From: Gnetum montanum
Taxonomy: Eukaryota; Plantae; Gnetophyta
DNA length: 64,000 nt
Direction of reading: 5' to 3'
NCBI GenBank assembly: GCA_015680685.1
Contig: MNCI01002752.1
Span: 296,584-360,583, forward strand
Within the stretch, counting starts at the first letter, position 1. Each line of letters opens with the position of its first letter. A program made the position numbers and the translations under genes. Under the pieces are notes generated by a model. It had not been told where the DNA came from, ran no database searches, and saw only the letters and a program-made list of their open reading frames with translations. Below are positions 50,250 through 64,000 of this stretch, one piece after another.

Positions 50250-53200
50250 TGCAATGGTCTCAATACACTTGGGAATTAGAGGTCATGGCAGCATGGAATT
50301 ATAAAGCTAGTAAAGGTGACTAACAGGTATCAGGTAAATTGGGGTAGGAAGGTGACTAGTCATCCCATTTGGTCGAGTGCATGCCTAACTGTGATGACAA
50401 TGTTGGATTGCCTCTAAAGAATAGATGCCAAAGAAAGATAACCCCAAGGAACCCTCAAAGCATGGCCTAGATACATTATTTCTACATAAATAAAGCTTCC
50501 TTTTCATTTCCTTTTGCATTTTCCCTATCACATTTATTACACATAATGTCAAATGTTATGTATATTTAACATTTTCCATGACATTTGGGGATAGAATGTC
50601 ACACTTTCTATCTCTTTTTTTTTCTAACCAAGAAAACTTACTCTAGCATTTTATTTACTTTTATGCTCATGAGTTTCATACAAACAACAACTGAGTTTGA
50701 TTTTGTTCCTGCTCGTTTTTTCAGTTTTCTTCCATTTTCCACTATTTTCTAAAATTTTAGCTTTGTGGAAGAATTTTTCTTACTCTGAGCTTGGATTTGA
50801 GATTGCTACAATTGTATCTACATGGATACATAACTTTTTTGGACTGAAACAAAGTTTTGCAAGATTTTTGAGAATTTTATGCTTGTTTTGGTCTTTTTGC
50901 TTTACCAATTTTGATTAGTGGGTTGTCTTTACCTTTTCTCTATATTTTTGTGTTGGATTAGTGTATATGATCATGTGATGTGGGCACGTGGGGCAAATAG
51001 TTAAAAGATTGAGTTTAGATGTATTGTTTTGCAAATCTCCCAAAATTTTATGATTTTGGTTGTAGATTGTTTAGGAATAAATATGCAATATATGAAATGA
51101 TATGGACATGTGGAATATTAGATGTGATGTTAACAAGACTAGCATGGTTGGAAGATTATATTTTATGGACATGTTTTTGTGCAGGAATTTCTGGTAGTTT
51201 CAATTATCATTGGCTATTATTAAATATTATTATTTATTATTTTATTAATTAAACTTTAAACGCAGATAACTTTGTTTCTAAGAGTCCGATTGAGCTAAAA
51301 TTAGTATAATTGGGATTGTCTTTCAACGTATTTTCTATTTGTTAAATTTGTTTTCTCTTTTGGCATCTAGCATCTTAGAGGTTACAATAGTGGTCATTTT
51401 TATGAAATTATATGTAGTTCAAGGAGTATGGTTGTGGCACAAAATTTTATTATGTTAAGTTTAGGTATTGTTTTCATGGAATGAGTGTGACTACTAGGTG
51501 TGGATATATGTGGTCATGTTATGCTTGTTCTGGTTTTATTGTGCTTGTGACATGTATTCGCTTAAGTTAACTTGAATTGGTATGTGTCTTTACAACAATG
51601 CTTGTAGCAGTTGTTGGTGGGCAGTGCTTGTGTAAGGGTGTGGGCCAATTGGTGATGAGGTACCCTAGATGTAGTTATGAATAGACCCCCAATGTGATGC
51701 ATTAGTGAGGCTTCTATCTTAGGCCTCATTCCAATAGTGGGAGAGCATAAGTGTGTTCATCCTTACAACTAGTATGTGGCATAGGTGTGTTCATTCCTAT
51801 AGCCAATCCTCTAGAAGGCTAGTGGTTGTAGGTCACAAGTTTACAAACCCTAGCCCCAATCAGGTACATAAAAGACTAATAATAAGCTTGCAGGAAATGA
51901 TTCATTATGAGTACTCATGACAACATTTCACATGCTACACAAAGTATGGATATGCTAGTGACCACATGGGTAAGGCATATATAAGGGTATTGATTTGTGG
52001 ATCATAGTGATGATTATATATCATATGATTAGTCTATGATTGTGTGGTTCATGTTTTGCTTGATGGTATGGTGTGGGTATGAATGCATGAACCTAATAGT
52101 GAAAACACATATGATGTTGTGCAATGGATATATGATTATTTATGTTTGACAGTGACTATATATGTGATTATATGTTAGCAATCTATTCAAGTTGTATGAT
52201 GATGAGTACCCCAATCATCAGACAACAATTTGGGGTACCCCAATTGCTCAGAGTATGTTAGCATAATACTAGTATGTTAACAATGCACATATGTTAGCTA
52301 ATTCACTCCAATGTTGTATGATGATTGGGGTACTCATCAATTTGTGATTTCAAGTTATAGATAGGTATAGTAGATGTGGTCCTAATTCTAGTGGGGCCCA
52401 TAGGTTAGAAGGGTCTAATATTTAGTAGGCACAACCTCCTCAAGCATCTAGTAGTGGTCTTGCAAGTAGAAAGGTAGATGTTATTCAATAGCTATTACAA
52501 ATTATATAGTAGCATATTGTAGCTAGTGATGCTCTCATTCGCATTGTCAGGGGAGTGGAAAGTGATAGTGGTAGTGGAGCCATAGGGGATTCAAACAAGT
52601 AGCCTATCATCAAGGAATTGGTAGAGTAATTTTGGAAGTTAGGACCTTCTAAATTTCATGGCATTGAGGATCCTACCGTAGCTATAGAGTGGTTGGAGGA
52701 GGTGCAAAAGACTTTTGATTTGATGGGTTGCTCATCGGTTCAATAGACTTGGTTGGCAGTATATCAGTTGGTTATCATTGCTTGGTGTTGGTGTATGACT
52801 AAGGAGCCAGCCAAAGAATAGACTAGCCAAAAGGTGGCATGGGATGATTTTTTAACATCTTTCAAAGTTCATTATGTGTCTACCTAATATGCCCAAGCCA
52901 AGGAGGAGGAGTTCTCCCATTTGTATCAAGGTAGTTGGTCTGTGGCAAAGTATGATGCTTGTTTCTTTGAGCTTAGTAGTTATGTATCCTAGATGCATAC
53001 AAATACTCAGGCATGGAAAAATAGATTTGTTAGAGACCCTCTTTAAAGGATGTCATATTATCACTCAAATTTACATCCTATAATGAGGCTAGAGCGATTG
53101 TTATGGACCTAGAGAAAAGCAAGCAAGAGGATGTAGCACCTCATGAGAAGAGGCAAGGGAAAAAGAGAGGACTGACATCTAAAGGTAGGCTTGGCCCCTT

Positions 53201-56195
53201 CAAGAAAACCTGTGGACATGGAGGTAAGGACCTAACACCATCTTGTGGTCCTAATATTGAAGTTGATCATGGATTTATTGTTTGTTATAGATGTGGGTAG
53301 CCTAGCCATCTATAGAGGGATTGCCAGAATTGTTTTGCATGTGGGAAGCCATGACACTAGGCTAGGAAGTGCCCAAATTAGACAAGTAGTAGTGGAGAAG
53401 GGAGGGGCCAAGGATAGTGATCACCAATTTAGGGTGGAGGTAGAACACCTATTGCTCAATCAGGAGGAGTGGACCAGAGGACCTAGAGATGAGTGTACAT
53501 CCTAACGAACCAGCTATTGGTTGTGTAGCCAAACATAGTGATGGAGATAAGAGGTATCCTTTTGGGCTTTGATGTATTGATTTTTTTTATCCAAGTGCTA
53601 GCCATTCATTCGTAGATCTTAGTGTTGCACATTAGGTTTCTCTTGATATCAGTCTCTTTCTCCTGGGTTGATAATATCTTTTGCTAGGGATCATGAAACT
53701 TGAGTTGATCAGGTGTGTATAGTTATGCTAGTAAAACTAAAAGGTGTGCAATGATTAGTGATTTGCATATCATGGATCTTAAAATATATGATGTAATTTT
53801 GGGGATGGATTGTCTATCATAGTTCAATGCTAATTTGGATTGTCAACAAAAGCTCCTGAAATTGCAATCAGCTAATGGTGCTTTAACTGAGGTATAAACT
53901 CGTTTGAAGTTTATGCATCTGGATTTGATCTCCTCACAAATGTATTGTAGGATGCATCAAAAGGGGCATGGATGCTTTGTGGCCACAATGTATAAAACAT
54001 ATATGGTGGAGATAGATTAGATCCCTATGGTCCAAGAGTTTCCTGATGTATTCTAGTCTAAATCACTAGGTTTGCCATTGAGGCTAGAAATTAAGTTTAA
54101 TATTGAACTTAAACCTAGCATAGATCCTATTTCAAATGCTCCCTATAGGATGTCTCTAGTAGAGATAGCAAAGTTAAAAATTGAACTGCAAGAATTGTTG
54201 AACGAAAGCTTCATTTAGCTAGTGTATCACCATGGGATGCACCAATGCTATTTGTTAAAAAGAAAGATGGGAGTTTGCAACTGTTCATTGATTACAGACA
54301 ATTAAACTAGGTGATTGTGAAAAACAACTATCCACTATCGCACATTGATGACTTGTTTGATCAACTTTAGGGAGCTCATGTGTTCTTGAAGATTGATCTC
54401 AAGTCTAGGTATCATCAAGTCTAGGTTCATGAGCAAGATGTGTCAAAGGCAACATTCAAAACCCGATATGATCATTATGATTTTCTGGTGCTTCCATTTA
54501 GGTTGAAAAATGCACCAGTTGTTTTCAAGATCCTTATGAATGGTGCAATGTGGCCATTTTTAGATTAGTTTATGATTGTGTTTATAGATAATACCTTGGT
54601 GTATTCTCCTAATGAGCAATTGCATGTAGAGCATTTTTAGATGGTATTATAGACTTTAAGGAGGTACCAACTATACACTTAGCCATCCAAGTATTCATTT
54701 TGATCATTAGAGATCCAATTCTTGGGACATATGGTATCAAGAGATGGTATCTTTATGGATCCTACAAAAATTATAGTTGTTCATGATTGGCTGATAATGG
54801 TCAGTAGTAGAGGTTTGGAGCTTTTTGGGGTTAGCAGGTTGTTACAATAGATTTGTAGAATATTTTTCTTAGATAGCATCTCCTTTGACTCAATTGCTAA
54901 GGAAGGAGACTAGCTTTGTCTGGAGCTTAGCTTGTAAGGCTACATTTGAGGAGTTGAAGCATTGAGTCTTGACTACCCTAGTGTTAATATCTCCTACATC
55001 TAGACACCCGTATAATGTTAGCATTGATGCTTTGGGAGATGGATTTGATTATGTGTTGATGTAGGATGGATAGGTTGTGGCTTATGCATCTTGTCAATAA
55101 AGGCCGCATGAAACCAAATATCCAATGCATGATCTAGAGTTGGGTGCTATAATATTCCCATTGAAGATGTGGTGGCATTAAGATGTGGGGGCATTATCTA
55201 TATGGGAAGTAGATTACTATTTGGATTGACCATAAGAGCCTCTAATATCTTATGAGTTAGTTGCAATTTAACCTATGACAATGTAGATGGGTGGAGTTGT
55301 TGATTTTGATTTCACTATTAGATATAGGCTTATCAAGACTAATAAATTAGTAGAGGCATTGAGCAAAGTGGCAAGTAAGCTTAATAGCTTCACTATCCAA
55401 TTAGATTTGTAGGAGTAGATTCAAGAGTAGCAGTGACAAGATCCATGGTGTAAAGAGTTGAGGTAGCTGATCATTTTTGATGGACCATTCTTTGTGGATA
55501 GTCATGATGTGTTATAGACAGATGATCGAGTATGTGTTCTAGAAGCTTTACAATTTCAGTTGATAAATGAGGCCCACATGAGTAGATACCAAATGCATCC
55601 AGGTAGTTAGAAGATGTACCAGGGTTTACGATGGATGTATTGGGGGCCTTGTATGAAGAGGAATGTAGGGGAGTATGTATCTCGATGTTTGATTTGCCAA
55701 CAAGTGAAGATAGAGCATTAGAGGCTTGGGGGATATTTGCATTCTCATGATATTTCCTAGTGGAAATGAGATGTCATTGGTATGGATTTCATTAGTAATC
55801 TTCCATGGGCTCGTAGTGGCTATGATACTATATTAGTAATTGTTGATTTGTTGAACAAAGTCTGCCCATTTCCTTGCCACATTGACATTAGTGAGTGCAG
55901 TAGAGACTGCACATCTCTTTCTTGTAGAGATAGTATAGTCGCATGGTGTGCCACAATAGACTATTAGTGATAGAGATGCTTGATTCATGTCACATATTTT
56001 GTAGGCATTTTAGAAGGAGATGGGTATGAAGCTAAACATGAGTTCAGCATATCATCCACAAATAGATGAACAAACTATGTTGGTGAATCAAATTATTCAA
56101 GATATGTTGAAAGAATATGCTTTGTAGTATAAAGATAGCTTGTATCGGATGCTACCACTAGCTGAGTTTGCATATAATAATAGTTATCAATAGAG
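50250..56195 (+). mobile_element. Tekay/Del-like Ty3/gypsy element: LTR-like region (about 50250-52190) plus degenerate gag-PR-RT-RNaseH-IN, 3'-truncated
   Basis: Gag FWKLGPSKFHGIEDPTVAIEWL (about 52630) and a double knuckle CYRCG..H..RDC/CFACGK (53280-53375). [21 protein letters not shown] (about 54250) and VFIDNTLVYS (about 54578); RNaseH YPMHDLELGA (about 55119). Integrase HPG..KMY...CLICQQVK, MDFISNLP and SSAYHPQ. Confidence 0.92.
52200..52339. repeat. Inverted repeat / MITE-like hairpin with 28-bp arms
   Basis: TGATGAGTACCCCAATCATCAGACAACA (52200-52227) and TGTTGTATGATGATTGGGGTACTCATCA (52312-52339) are 27/28 complementary. Confidence 0.8.
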
Positions 56196-57311
56196 TTTTT
56201 TTTTAGAAAAGTTTGGAAATGTATTAATGTAAAATATGTACAACAAGAAAATTCAAGGGGAAGAAAAAATTTCCCAATTTCACAAGAATCAAAAGCACAA
56301 CTTGTTAGTATTAGGCCATGTGATAGATCATAACCACACAAAATTGTTCAACTAGAACTAGCCACAAAAATCCTAGAGCTCTGTAAAGGTTCAAGAACAA
56401 AGGGGCCCTACATAAAAACCTAAAATCGTAGATCCAAGGAGCCTAGAATCAAACATCACTACCATAACCCAATCATCAAAAATGAACATAAAATCAAGAA
56501 ACAAGAAAAGGCCACAACCCCACAAACCCACAAGAGGATCCTCATGTCCTGCTAGTAGCACATTTGTTGTAAACTTCCTTGAGGGTTGTTTGAACCTCCA
56601 AATTAGTCTCTAACTACATTTTCTTTGAGTGAGATGCTAATCTTGATGGCCATCCAACACATATAAGCTTTAGTGAAATTGGGAAGGTGGAACAACACCC
56701 CCCCGAGCGATCCCTTCCTAACGATCTTAGCCATCGACAGCAAAGGCCCTTTCCTTGCCACTAAAACCCAACTTTCAAGTAGAGGTAGCTTCACCCCCAT
56801 CAGCTTACAGCCTCACCCAGGCATTTTCAACAACCTCAGTAGTGTCCAAACAACATCATCCACACACCCAACCCCCATAGCCATGTCTTCTGTCATCTTC
56901 GTTGCTTCTTGCATCTCTTTTGGCTCTTGTGCATCAACATTCATACTCTCCTACTTCAACATCTTCCACTTTCCAACTTTTGTGACCTTTTGAACTTACC
57001 CATCATGCCTTCATCTAGATTAGGCCACTCTAGAAGTAACTGGGCCCCCAAGAGGGACCCATGACACCCTACCTTTGCGAGTCACAATCTTTCAATAATC
57101 ATCCTTTGATTTTTAGCCTAGTCCCTTCTAGCCAGTTTCCTTCTGCTTAACCCTGCAATCTTTTGTCCAATGCCATGATTTTCTAGAAGTTCCATAGTGC
57201 ATTTTGGCACCCCTTGATATGGTCACCACATTCTTGTATTCTACAACAACATTTTCCTCCCTTGAGGGGAGGACCAATGTTATCTCCTGAACTAGATCCT
57301 TCAAGGATAGC
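56196..57311 (-). mobile_element. Short or internally deleted LINE-like element (ORF1 knuckle remnant, 3' UTR, poly-A)
   Basis: Poly-A on the minus strand at 56196-56204, preceded by TTGTACATATTTTACATTAATACATTTCCAAACTTTTCT, which resembles the 3' ends of the other LINEs. A decayed knuckle-like K.WHWTKDC lies at about 57160. Confidence 0.55.
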
Positions 57312-59900
57312 TGTAACACCCCACCCTAGTGAGGGCAAGGTGATACTTAGGATTAAGTAATCTCAAAATGGAAGCATGATAACTAAAAACCAATAATGTG
57401 TTGAATACATAATATTAAGGAAGGTCAAACTACACAAAAATTTCATATCACACTAAAAACTAAACATCCACTTCAATTCATTCTGCTAAAATACCAAAAA
57501 AAAACACATAAATACCATCATCGTATATAGAAGAGTATAGAGAGTTTCATACAATGATACATAGTCCATAATATTGTACATGAAATATACATTAACCAAG
57601 CAGTGAAGATTTTTCTTTCGTCTACTCTCCCTCTCCGTGCTCATCTAGGCTCTTGTGCCTTTCACTTGTAATTTAAATAAATTCAATACACAACTGAGTG
57701 GAAAGCCTTTATACTTCCCCTCCTAGATGTTCGACAAGTGCTGCACTAGAGAAGAGGAGTGGGGTACAAGGCAACCTACAACAACTATTAGTCTTACACA
57801 TGCTCAAAATAACACACAATCATAGATAAAGCCATGGCCTGACATCATCTCTCATGCCCATGTCATCATACCCACAATATACCATTAAACAATCCATGAT
57901 CCACATAATCACAATTCAATTAGAAGACATATTATTAACAATATAACTCAGAAATCAATATTATCATATACATAATCCATGTGGTCAGCATATCTGTGCT
58001 TTGTGTAGCATGTGAAACATTGCCACAAGTACTCATAACAACCATTGCTTGTAGGTTTTTTTTAGTCTTTTATTTATCCAACCAGTGGTAGGGTTTGTTA
58101 ACCCATGATTCGCAACCACTATCCTTCTAGAGGGCTAGCAGTAGGGATGAATACACCTATGCCATATACTAGTTGTAGAGACGAACACACCTACGCTCTC
58201 CCACTCTCAAGAGAAGGCCTAAGATAGGAGCCTCACTAATGCATCATAGTGGGGAGAGGGGGGGGGGAGGGGGGTGTCAATCCATACTACCTCCAAGGTG
58301 CCTCATCACCAATTGGTCCACACCCTTATGCTAGCACCACCTGCCAATGACCATAACAAGTGTCATCATGACAACATGTACACATTCTGGCTAGCTTAAG
58401 CCAACACATGTCATAAGCACAACACACCCAAATAAACATAACCACACATATCCATCCCTAATAGTTACAGTCGTTCCATGAAAACAATATCATGACTTTA
58501 CAAAATACAATGAATACCTCGATATGACAAAACAATACCATATTTCTCAAATGGCATGTACTTCCATACAAATGACCACTATAATAACCTTCAAAATGAT
58601 ATATGCCCAAAGAGAAAACTAAGCCCATGATTAGAAAGTACTTCAAAAAATGATCCCAATGACACTAATTTTACCTAAATCAAACTCTTGGAAGCAAAGC
58701 TATGTGCATTCAAAGTTTGATTAATAAAATAATATTTAATTGCTACTATGAAGGATTGGAACTTCCAAAAATTCTTGTGCCCCAATAGGCCCCGAAAATA
58801 TTATATTCCAATGATACCAATCTTATCAACATCACATATCATACTCTACAAGTCCACATCATATCATACATTGCATATATATTATTGCACAATTTGTAAC
58901 CAAAATAACATGTGCAAGCTTAATCTTTGTGCTATCTACTTCACATCCCCACATCGCATAATCATATACACTAATCCAACATAAAAATGCAAGGAAAAGG
59001 TAAAGATAATCCACCAATTACAATCGTTGGGCAGAAAGGCCAAAACAAGTAGAAAATTTGGCAAGACATCATTTTGCTCCCAACAAGTTCTACACCCACG
59101 TAGATATGACCACAGTAATCCCAAATCTAAGTTTTAGAGTAAGCAAAAATCATCCACAAGGCTCAAAATTTAGAAAAATGTGAAATAGCAAAAAAGATAA
59201 GAAAGAACAATGAAATAATAGACTCCTGTGTGTTTCTGTTAACATGAATAGAAAAAAATAGAAACCCAAAACCCAATTTTTGTGGCGAGTGGCGGTGAGG
59301 TGGTGGGTAAAAACAAAAAACAAACATAAAACCTATACTTTCACTTTATGATTTGTATAAAACAAACAAAAACCAATGATGCACTTTTCTCTTGTGACGT
59401 GAGTTTACTTGTTCCTTTTGAATTATTTATTATTTTTTTAATAAACAATTTTCATAAGCTATTCTTATTTTTTACCTCCACAACTAATGTCATAAACTTT
59501 AATCATGCATAACAAATACATCAGGACTCCAAATCAAAATTCGTTTAAACCTACAAGATCCTTATCATATGCACTACACATTCACATGCCAAAACCACAT
59601 CTGAACATCACACAACATAGTGCTATAGTACAAATGCCTACATACCAAAATTGCACATAAAATATAAAGACATACTAGATAGGTGCTATTATACCCTAGT
59701 CCAACACCCCTGCTAGCAACCTCACTTGTCTAACACATCACATAGGGCTAGTGTACATAATCACATTAGTTAAGCATGTAAAGACATCATAATTGTAACA
59801 TAAAGATGAATCCTCATAACATATAAAATACATTTATATTACATTAACTCATCTTTGACAACCCATTGGGACTCCACATGTAATGTATAAATCATAAGCA
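57312..59900 (-). mobile_element. Tekay/Del-like LTR in inverted orientation, homologous to about 50600-52100
   Basis: Terminus TGTAACACCCC at 57312. The reverse complement of 58100-58330 matches 51630-51830 (GATGCATTAGTGAGGCT.CTATCTTAGGCCT...AGTGGGAGAGC..CTACAACTAGTAT.TGGCATAGGTGT). The right boundary is approximate. Confidence 0.75.
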
Positions 59901-59930
59901 TATGATCATACCTCATGTCTTTAGATAGGA

Positions 59931-60128
59931 TGTAACAACAGTGACCTCCAAACGCAAAATCGAGTGAAACCCATTCATTCCCTAGACCCCGTAAATTAGT
60001 CAAACGAGATAAACTCATCAAAGAACCTAACCAAGGTTCTAAGAAAATCTAAGATCTAGAACAAGGCTAGGTATGCAAACGAACAACCAATAGGAGGGTA
60101 GTGTGTGCACATGGCTGCAAATGTTACA
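59931..60128. mobile_element. Possible short LTR (about 198 bp)
   Basis: Inverted termini TGTAACA...TGTTACA. The flanks do not form a TSD. Confidence 0.3.
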
Positions 60129-60699
60129 AAGTCACAGGTGATGGGTGGAATAATAGATAGGAGCTGAGGAGTGTCTGAGCTTGTATCAATCTATTGTTGC
60201 AAATACGTTGTGTATCGGTCTATTGCAGATTTGTCTTATGGCCTGTTTGTAATTTTGGTATCGTGGCAAGGTAGTATGTTTTTTTGGGAGTGGTGGCAGT
60301 AGACTTGTTTTGGTCTCGAGATCTAGAGTTTGTCTACTATTCATTTGGCTTTTTCTAAATGTTGGGATTGAAAGATGGATCTCAGAAATTGCTCTTTCAC
60401 TACTGCTATGCTTTGGTCCATTGCTAGTATGCCATTGCGTTTGTGCATAGGAACTGAATCAAGGTGGTTGTTGATTTATCGGGCATTTCACTATTACAAA
60501 GTGGGGCCATGATTGAGCATTGATTTGTGGGATCTTCTTTGGTTGGTGGCTAAGGTTGATAAGGTTTCTGGGTGTGTGGTGCAGTGCCTCTTGCCATTTG
60601 ATGAATAAGCTTCCTAGTGAGTCTATTCCTTTTTGTTTTAGTTTTTCTTTTTCTTAGTACACTCTCTACTATGATTTCCTGAAGTGTTTGGGCTAGGGC

Positions 60700-63600
60700 C
60701 CAACAGGTCTACATGATCCAAATTGTCTCTTCGTTCTCTGATGTTGGAGGGAAAATGGAAAATAAAGGACTCCTCCAACAACAATTCGCAACCCACTAAA
60801 AGTACTACTAATATGGATGATAATAACAACATTTTACATTTTGAATTTCTTGAAGAGATCTTTGATCAAACCATTCAAACCTTCACTCATCTTTATGCAA
60901 TTGGTTTTTTATGGTAGGATTTCTCTTGCCTTAGTTTTCTAGGAATGGATCAAAAGTTTTTGAGAACCTAGAAACATTAGATTAACCCTAGCTTTTAATA
61001 TTACCAAAGGATTTTTTCTATTCACTTTTGAAGCCAAGGCTATGGAAAATTTTATGAAACAACAATCAATTTGGGATGTATATGGATCCTTTTTAGTGCT
61101 TCAACCTTGGAAGGAGGATTTTGATCGGAAAAAGAAAGAAAAAGTATTTTGCCAGTATGTATACAATTTTTAGTGCTCTCATCACACTTTTCTCCACATG
61201 TTGACATTCTTGTTGCACAAGTTAGGGAGGTCATTGGTATGAAGTCCTTTTTAGGTTTTTGTCCAAGACCAACTCAGCAAGTGTATGTTAAAATTGAAAT
61301 GTAAAAGAAACATCTTGAATCATTGGAATTTAATGTAAAAGGAAAGAATTTTGTTCAAAAATTTTCATATCTTACACTCCCAAACCATTGTTATTATTGT
61401 CTTGATCCTAATCATCAAAAAGATGAATGTTCAAACCTACTAGCCAAGATTGAAGTCAAGAGAATTTTAGCTGAACAAGTTAGTAAAAGAACTAAAAGAT
61501 AAAAATATATCTAAGGATATAGATAATGATATTGTTGAGGTGCACTTGGCTAATCCTTCTTCTTTGGACCCCAAGATGACACATGTGGAAGACATGAATA
61601 TTGAGGCTACCAATGTTACTAAGACTTCTCTTAACCAAGAAGGGGTCCCAAAAGATGCTACTAGTGGTTGGAAGCAAGTTACCTAGAAATATTATGCCTT
61701 AGTCACATGAGATAATCCTATCTTTAGCAATTTCCTTAAAGGACACTGATCCTTAGTTCTTGCTAATGCTAATCAGTCTACTAGTAGAAGAACAAGTGCT
61801 TGTCATCCTTTAGTGGTTGAGGGGGATCCTCCTTTATCTTCACATCGACAATGAAGTGTTGCTCATGGAATGTTAGAGGACTCTTGAATCCCCGTAGAAG
61901 ATATATAGTCTAAGATTATATTCGGAGGCATTCCCTAGATGTTGCTTGTATTCAAGAAGTTAAAATCTAAGGATTCCATCTTCAAACCTATTGTAAGAGT
62001 ATTTTTCCCAAGAGTTATTATGTCTCTTCTCACCATGAACATGGAAAAGGGGGAGCTATAATTCTTCTTCATAGTAAGTGGCAGGAGTCTATTATTGATC
62101 ATAGTTGTGATAATTCAAGGTATTGTTGTTGGGTTTGGTTACAGTACGCTAATGAACTATGAGGGATCATTTCCATTTATGCTCCTTGTAATCTGAATGA
62201 TCGAAAGCTTTTTCGGAATTGGCTTGGGCACAATGTGCCTATAGCTAATTAAATCATCATAGGAGACTTTAATATGATTGAGCATCTAGAGGATAAGTTT
62301 GGAGGATAAAGAGGTGGTTTAGACAACAGTGAGCTTTCTGTTTGGCTTTTGTTGAAGATCAAATTGAATTTGCAAGAAGCTAATGGAAACTATCACTCTT
62401 CTAGTACTTCTAATTAGTTTACTTGGAGCAATGCTAGACATGGAGACTCCTACATTTCTTCTAGGTTGGATTGGGTTTACCTATCTGTGAATGCTTCTAT
62501 TCAATTTACTACCACCAACAGTGCTCCTATTCAGGCAGATTATACCTAGGTTCTGTCATATCATTATCCTATTCATTGGTCTCTTTTCCTCTCTAGTTGC
62601 TCCTGCTCTTCCAATGACCTTTATATTTTTAACACTACCTTTCTTCATAGCAACTTCCATTGCTCTTTATTAATGCAAATATGGAATTGACATCCTAAAT
62701 CCCTCGGAGAAGACAGTTGGATTAATTGGTGGACTAACGCTTGTACTTGCCTCCAATGGTTTTCCAAACATGCAGGTAAACTGGTGACTTCAAGAATAAA
62801 TTCTCATATGTCCAACCTTCATAAGGAAATATCTTTATTACAAAATGCCATTAATAGAGGTGAAGCTACTGAGGCTCAATTTTGTCGATTGCAAATTTCC
62901 AAGGAGAACATGCATATGATGGATCACCATGAAGCCAAAGGTGTTCACCTTCGTGCCATTCTTTCTTGGCTTTGCATGGGTGACCAGGCCACTAAAGATT
63001 TTTCTCATCTTCTCAAAGGGGAACACCTATCCCCTAAAATCCTAGGTATTCAAGTTGATGATAATATCTCTCCCTCCAAGATTGACATTTTACAGGCTTT
63101 CTTTGATTTTTACTTTGGAATTTTTTGTAAAGAAGATATTGATCCCATTGCAATTAATGCCTGCTTAGGAGTTATTACTCCTTTCAATCGTTCCATCTTT
63201 GGTGATGCTTCTCTTATTTCTAAATAGGATCTTGGTAAAGCTCTTCAACAACTCCACAATGGCAAAGCCCCTGGTATGGATGGTCTTCCTACAGAATTTT
63301 TCAAAAAATTGTGGCTCACTCTTCAAGATACTGTCTATAGTGTGTATAAGGAAGCTCTTAGGAAAGGTTCCTTTGGAAAAGTGATCAATGTTGGTATTAT
63401 TAAGCTTCTACCCGAGTTAGGAGATCATATGTGCATTAGCAACTGGCATACTATCACTCTTTTAAATTTTATCTACAAAATTGTTGCTAAAGCTATAGCC
63501 AATAAATTAAAACCTTTTCTTCCTCATCTCATAAGTAAAGAGCAAACTTGTTTTGTGCAAGGTAGGTATATTTTAGACAATGTCGATACTTCTATTAAGG

Positions 63601-64000
63601 GCTTGCATTGGGCTTCTTCCACTGATAAAAAAACTATTCTTCTTAAGCTTGATTTTGCAAAAGCTTATGACATGCTTGATTGGTCCTTTTTAAGAATTGT
63701 AGTTAAACATCATAACTTAGGTATTGTTTTTGATAGACATATCGATCTAGTTTCATCAGAGGCCTCTTTAGTTATTTGTATTAATGAAACCTTCTCTAAG
63801 GTTATTGAGCTTCAAAAATCAATACGACAAGGATACCCTTTAGCTCCTTATCTTTTTATCCTAGCTGTTGATGCTCTTGGAGTTGTTCTTAGAACTCACA
63901 ATGATTTTATGAGGTTGAGAGGTATCTCTCTTCCACAAGAAGGACATGATCTTGTTTATAGCCAGTTTGTAGATGACACTTTTCTCGCTTTGCTTGAGGA
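60700..64000 (+). mobile_element. AT-rich L1/Tx1-like LINE (different family): ORF1 plus ORF2 APE-RT, running off the right edge
   Basis: ORF1 knuckle LPNHCYYCLDPNHQKDEC (about 61377-61430). ORF2 starts MKCCSWNVRGL at 61851, followed by CIQE, GDFN, FTWSN and SRLD. RT motifs are GKAPGMDGLPTEFF, LKLDFAKAYD, IRQGYPLAPYLF and QFVDDT (about 63963). Multiple stops are present. Confidence 0.93.

Overview
Repeat-dense land-plant nuclear DNA with four assembly gaps (about 542-1336, 12790-13303, 20321-20425 and 28595-28952). The only host-gene homology I recognise is a minus-strand SEC8 (exocyst subunit EXOC4) fragment. It has nine exon remnants between 6417 and 32158, and its introns are filled with transposons. 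It looks like a pseudogene: two in-frame stops, a lost splice acceptor and two apparent exon deletions. The rest is nested, decayed mobile DNA: Athila-like, CRM-like and Tekay/Del-like Ty3/gypsy elements, further LTRs, two hAT-type elements with 8-bp TSDs, and several L1-clade LINEs. The main discovery candidate is a GC-rich LINE family with four coding copies and two 3'-UTR-only copies. Its ORF2 continues past the RT and zf-RVT into a PMD/Transposase_32-like domain, a long coiled coil and a C-terminal DnaJ-type J-domain with an HPD motif, followed by a short H/Cys tail. Nearly all inactivating changes in the window are CAG>TAG, CGA>TGA or matching G>A transitions, consistent with heavy CG and CHG methylation. 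All domain calls come from reading motifs by eye; no database searches were run.
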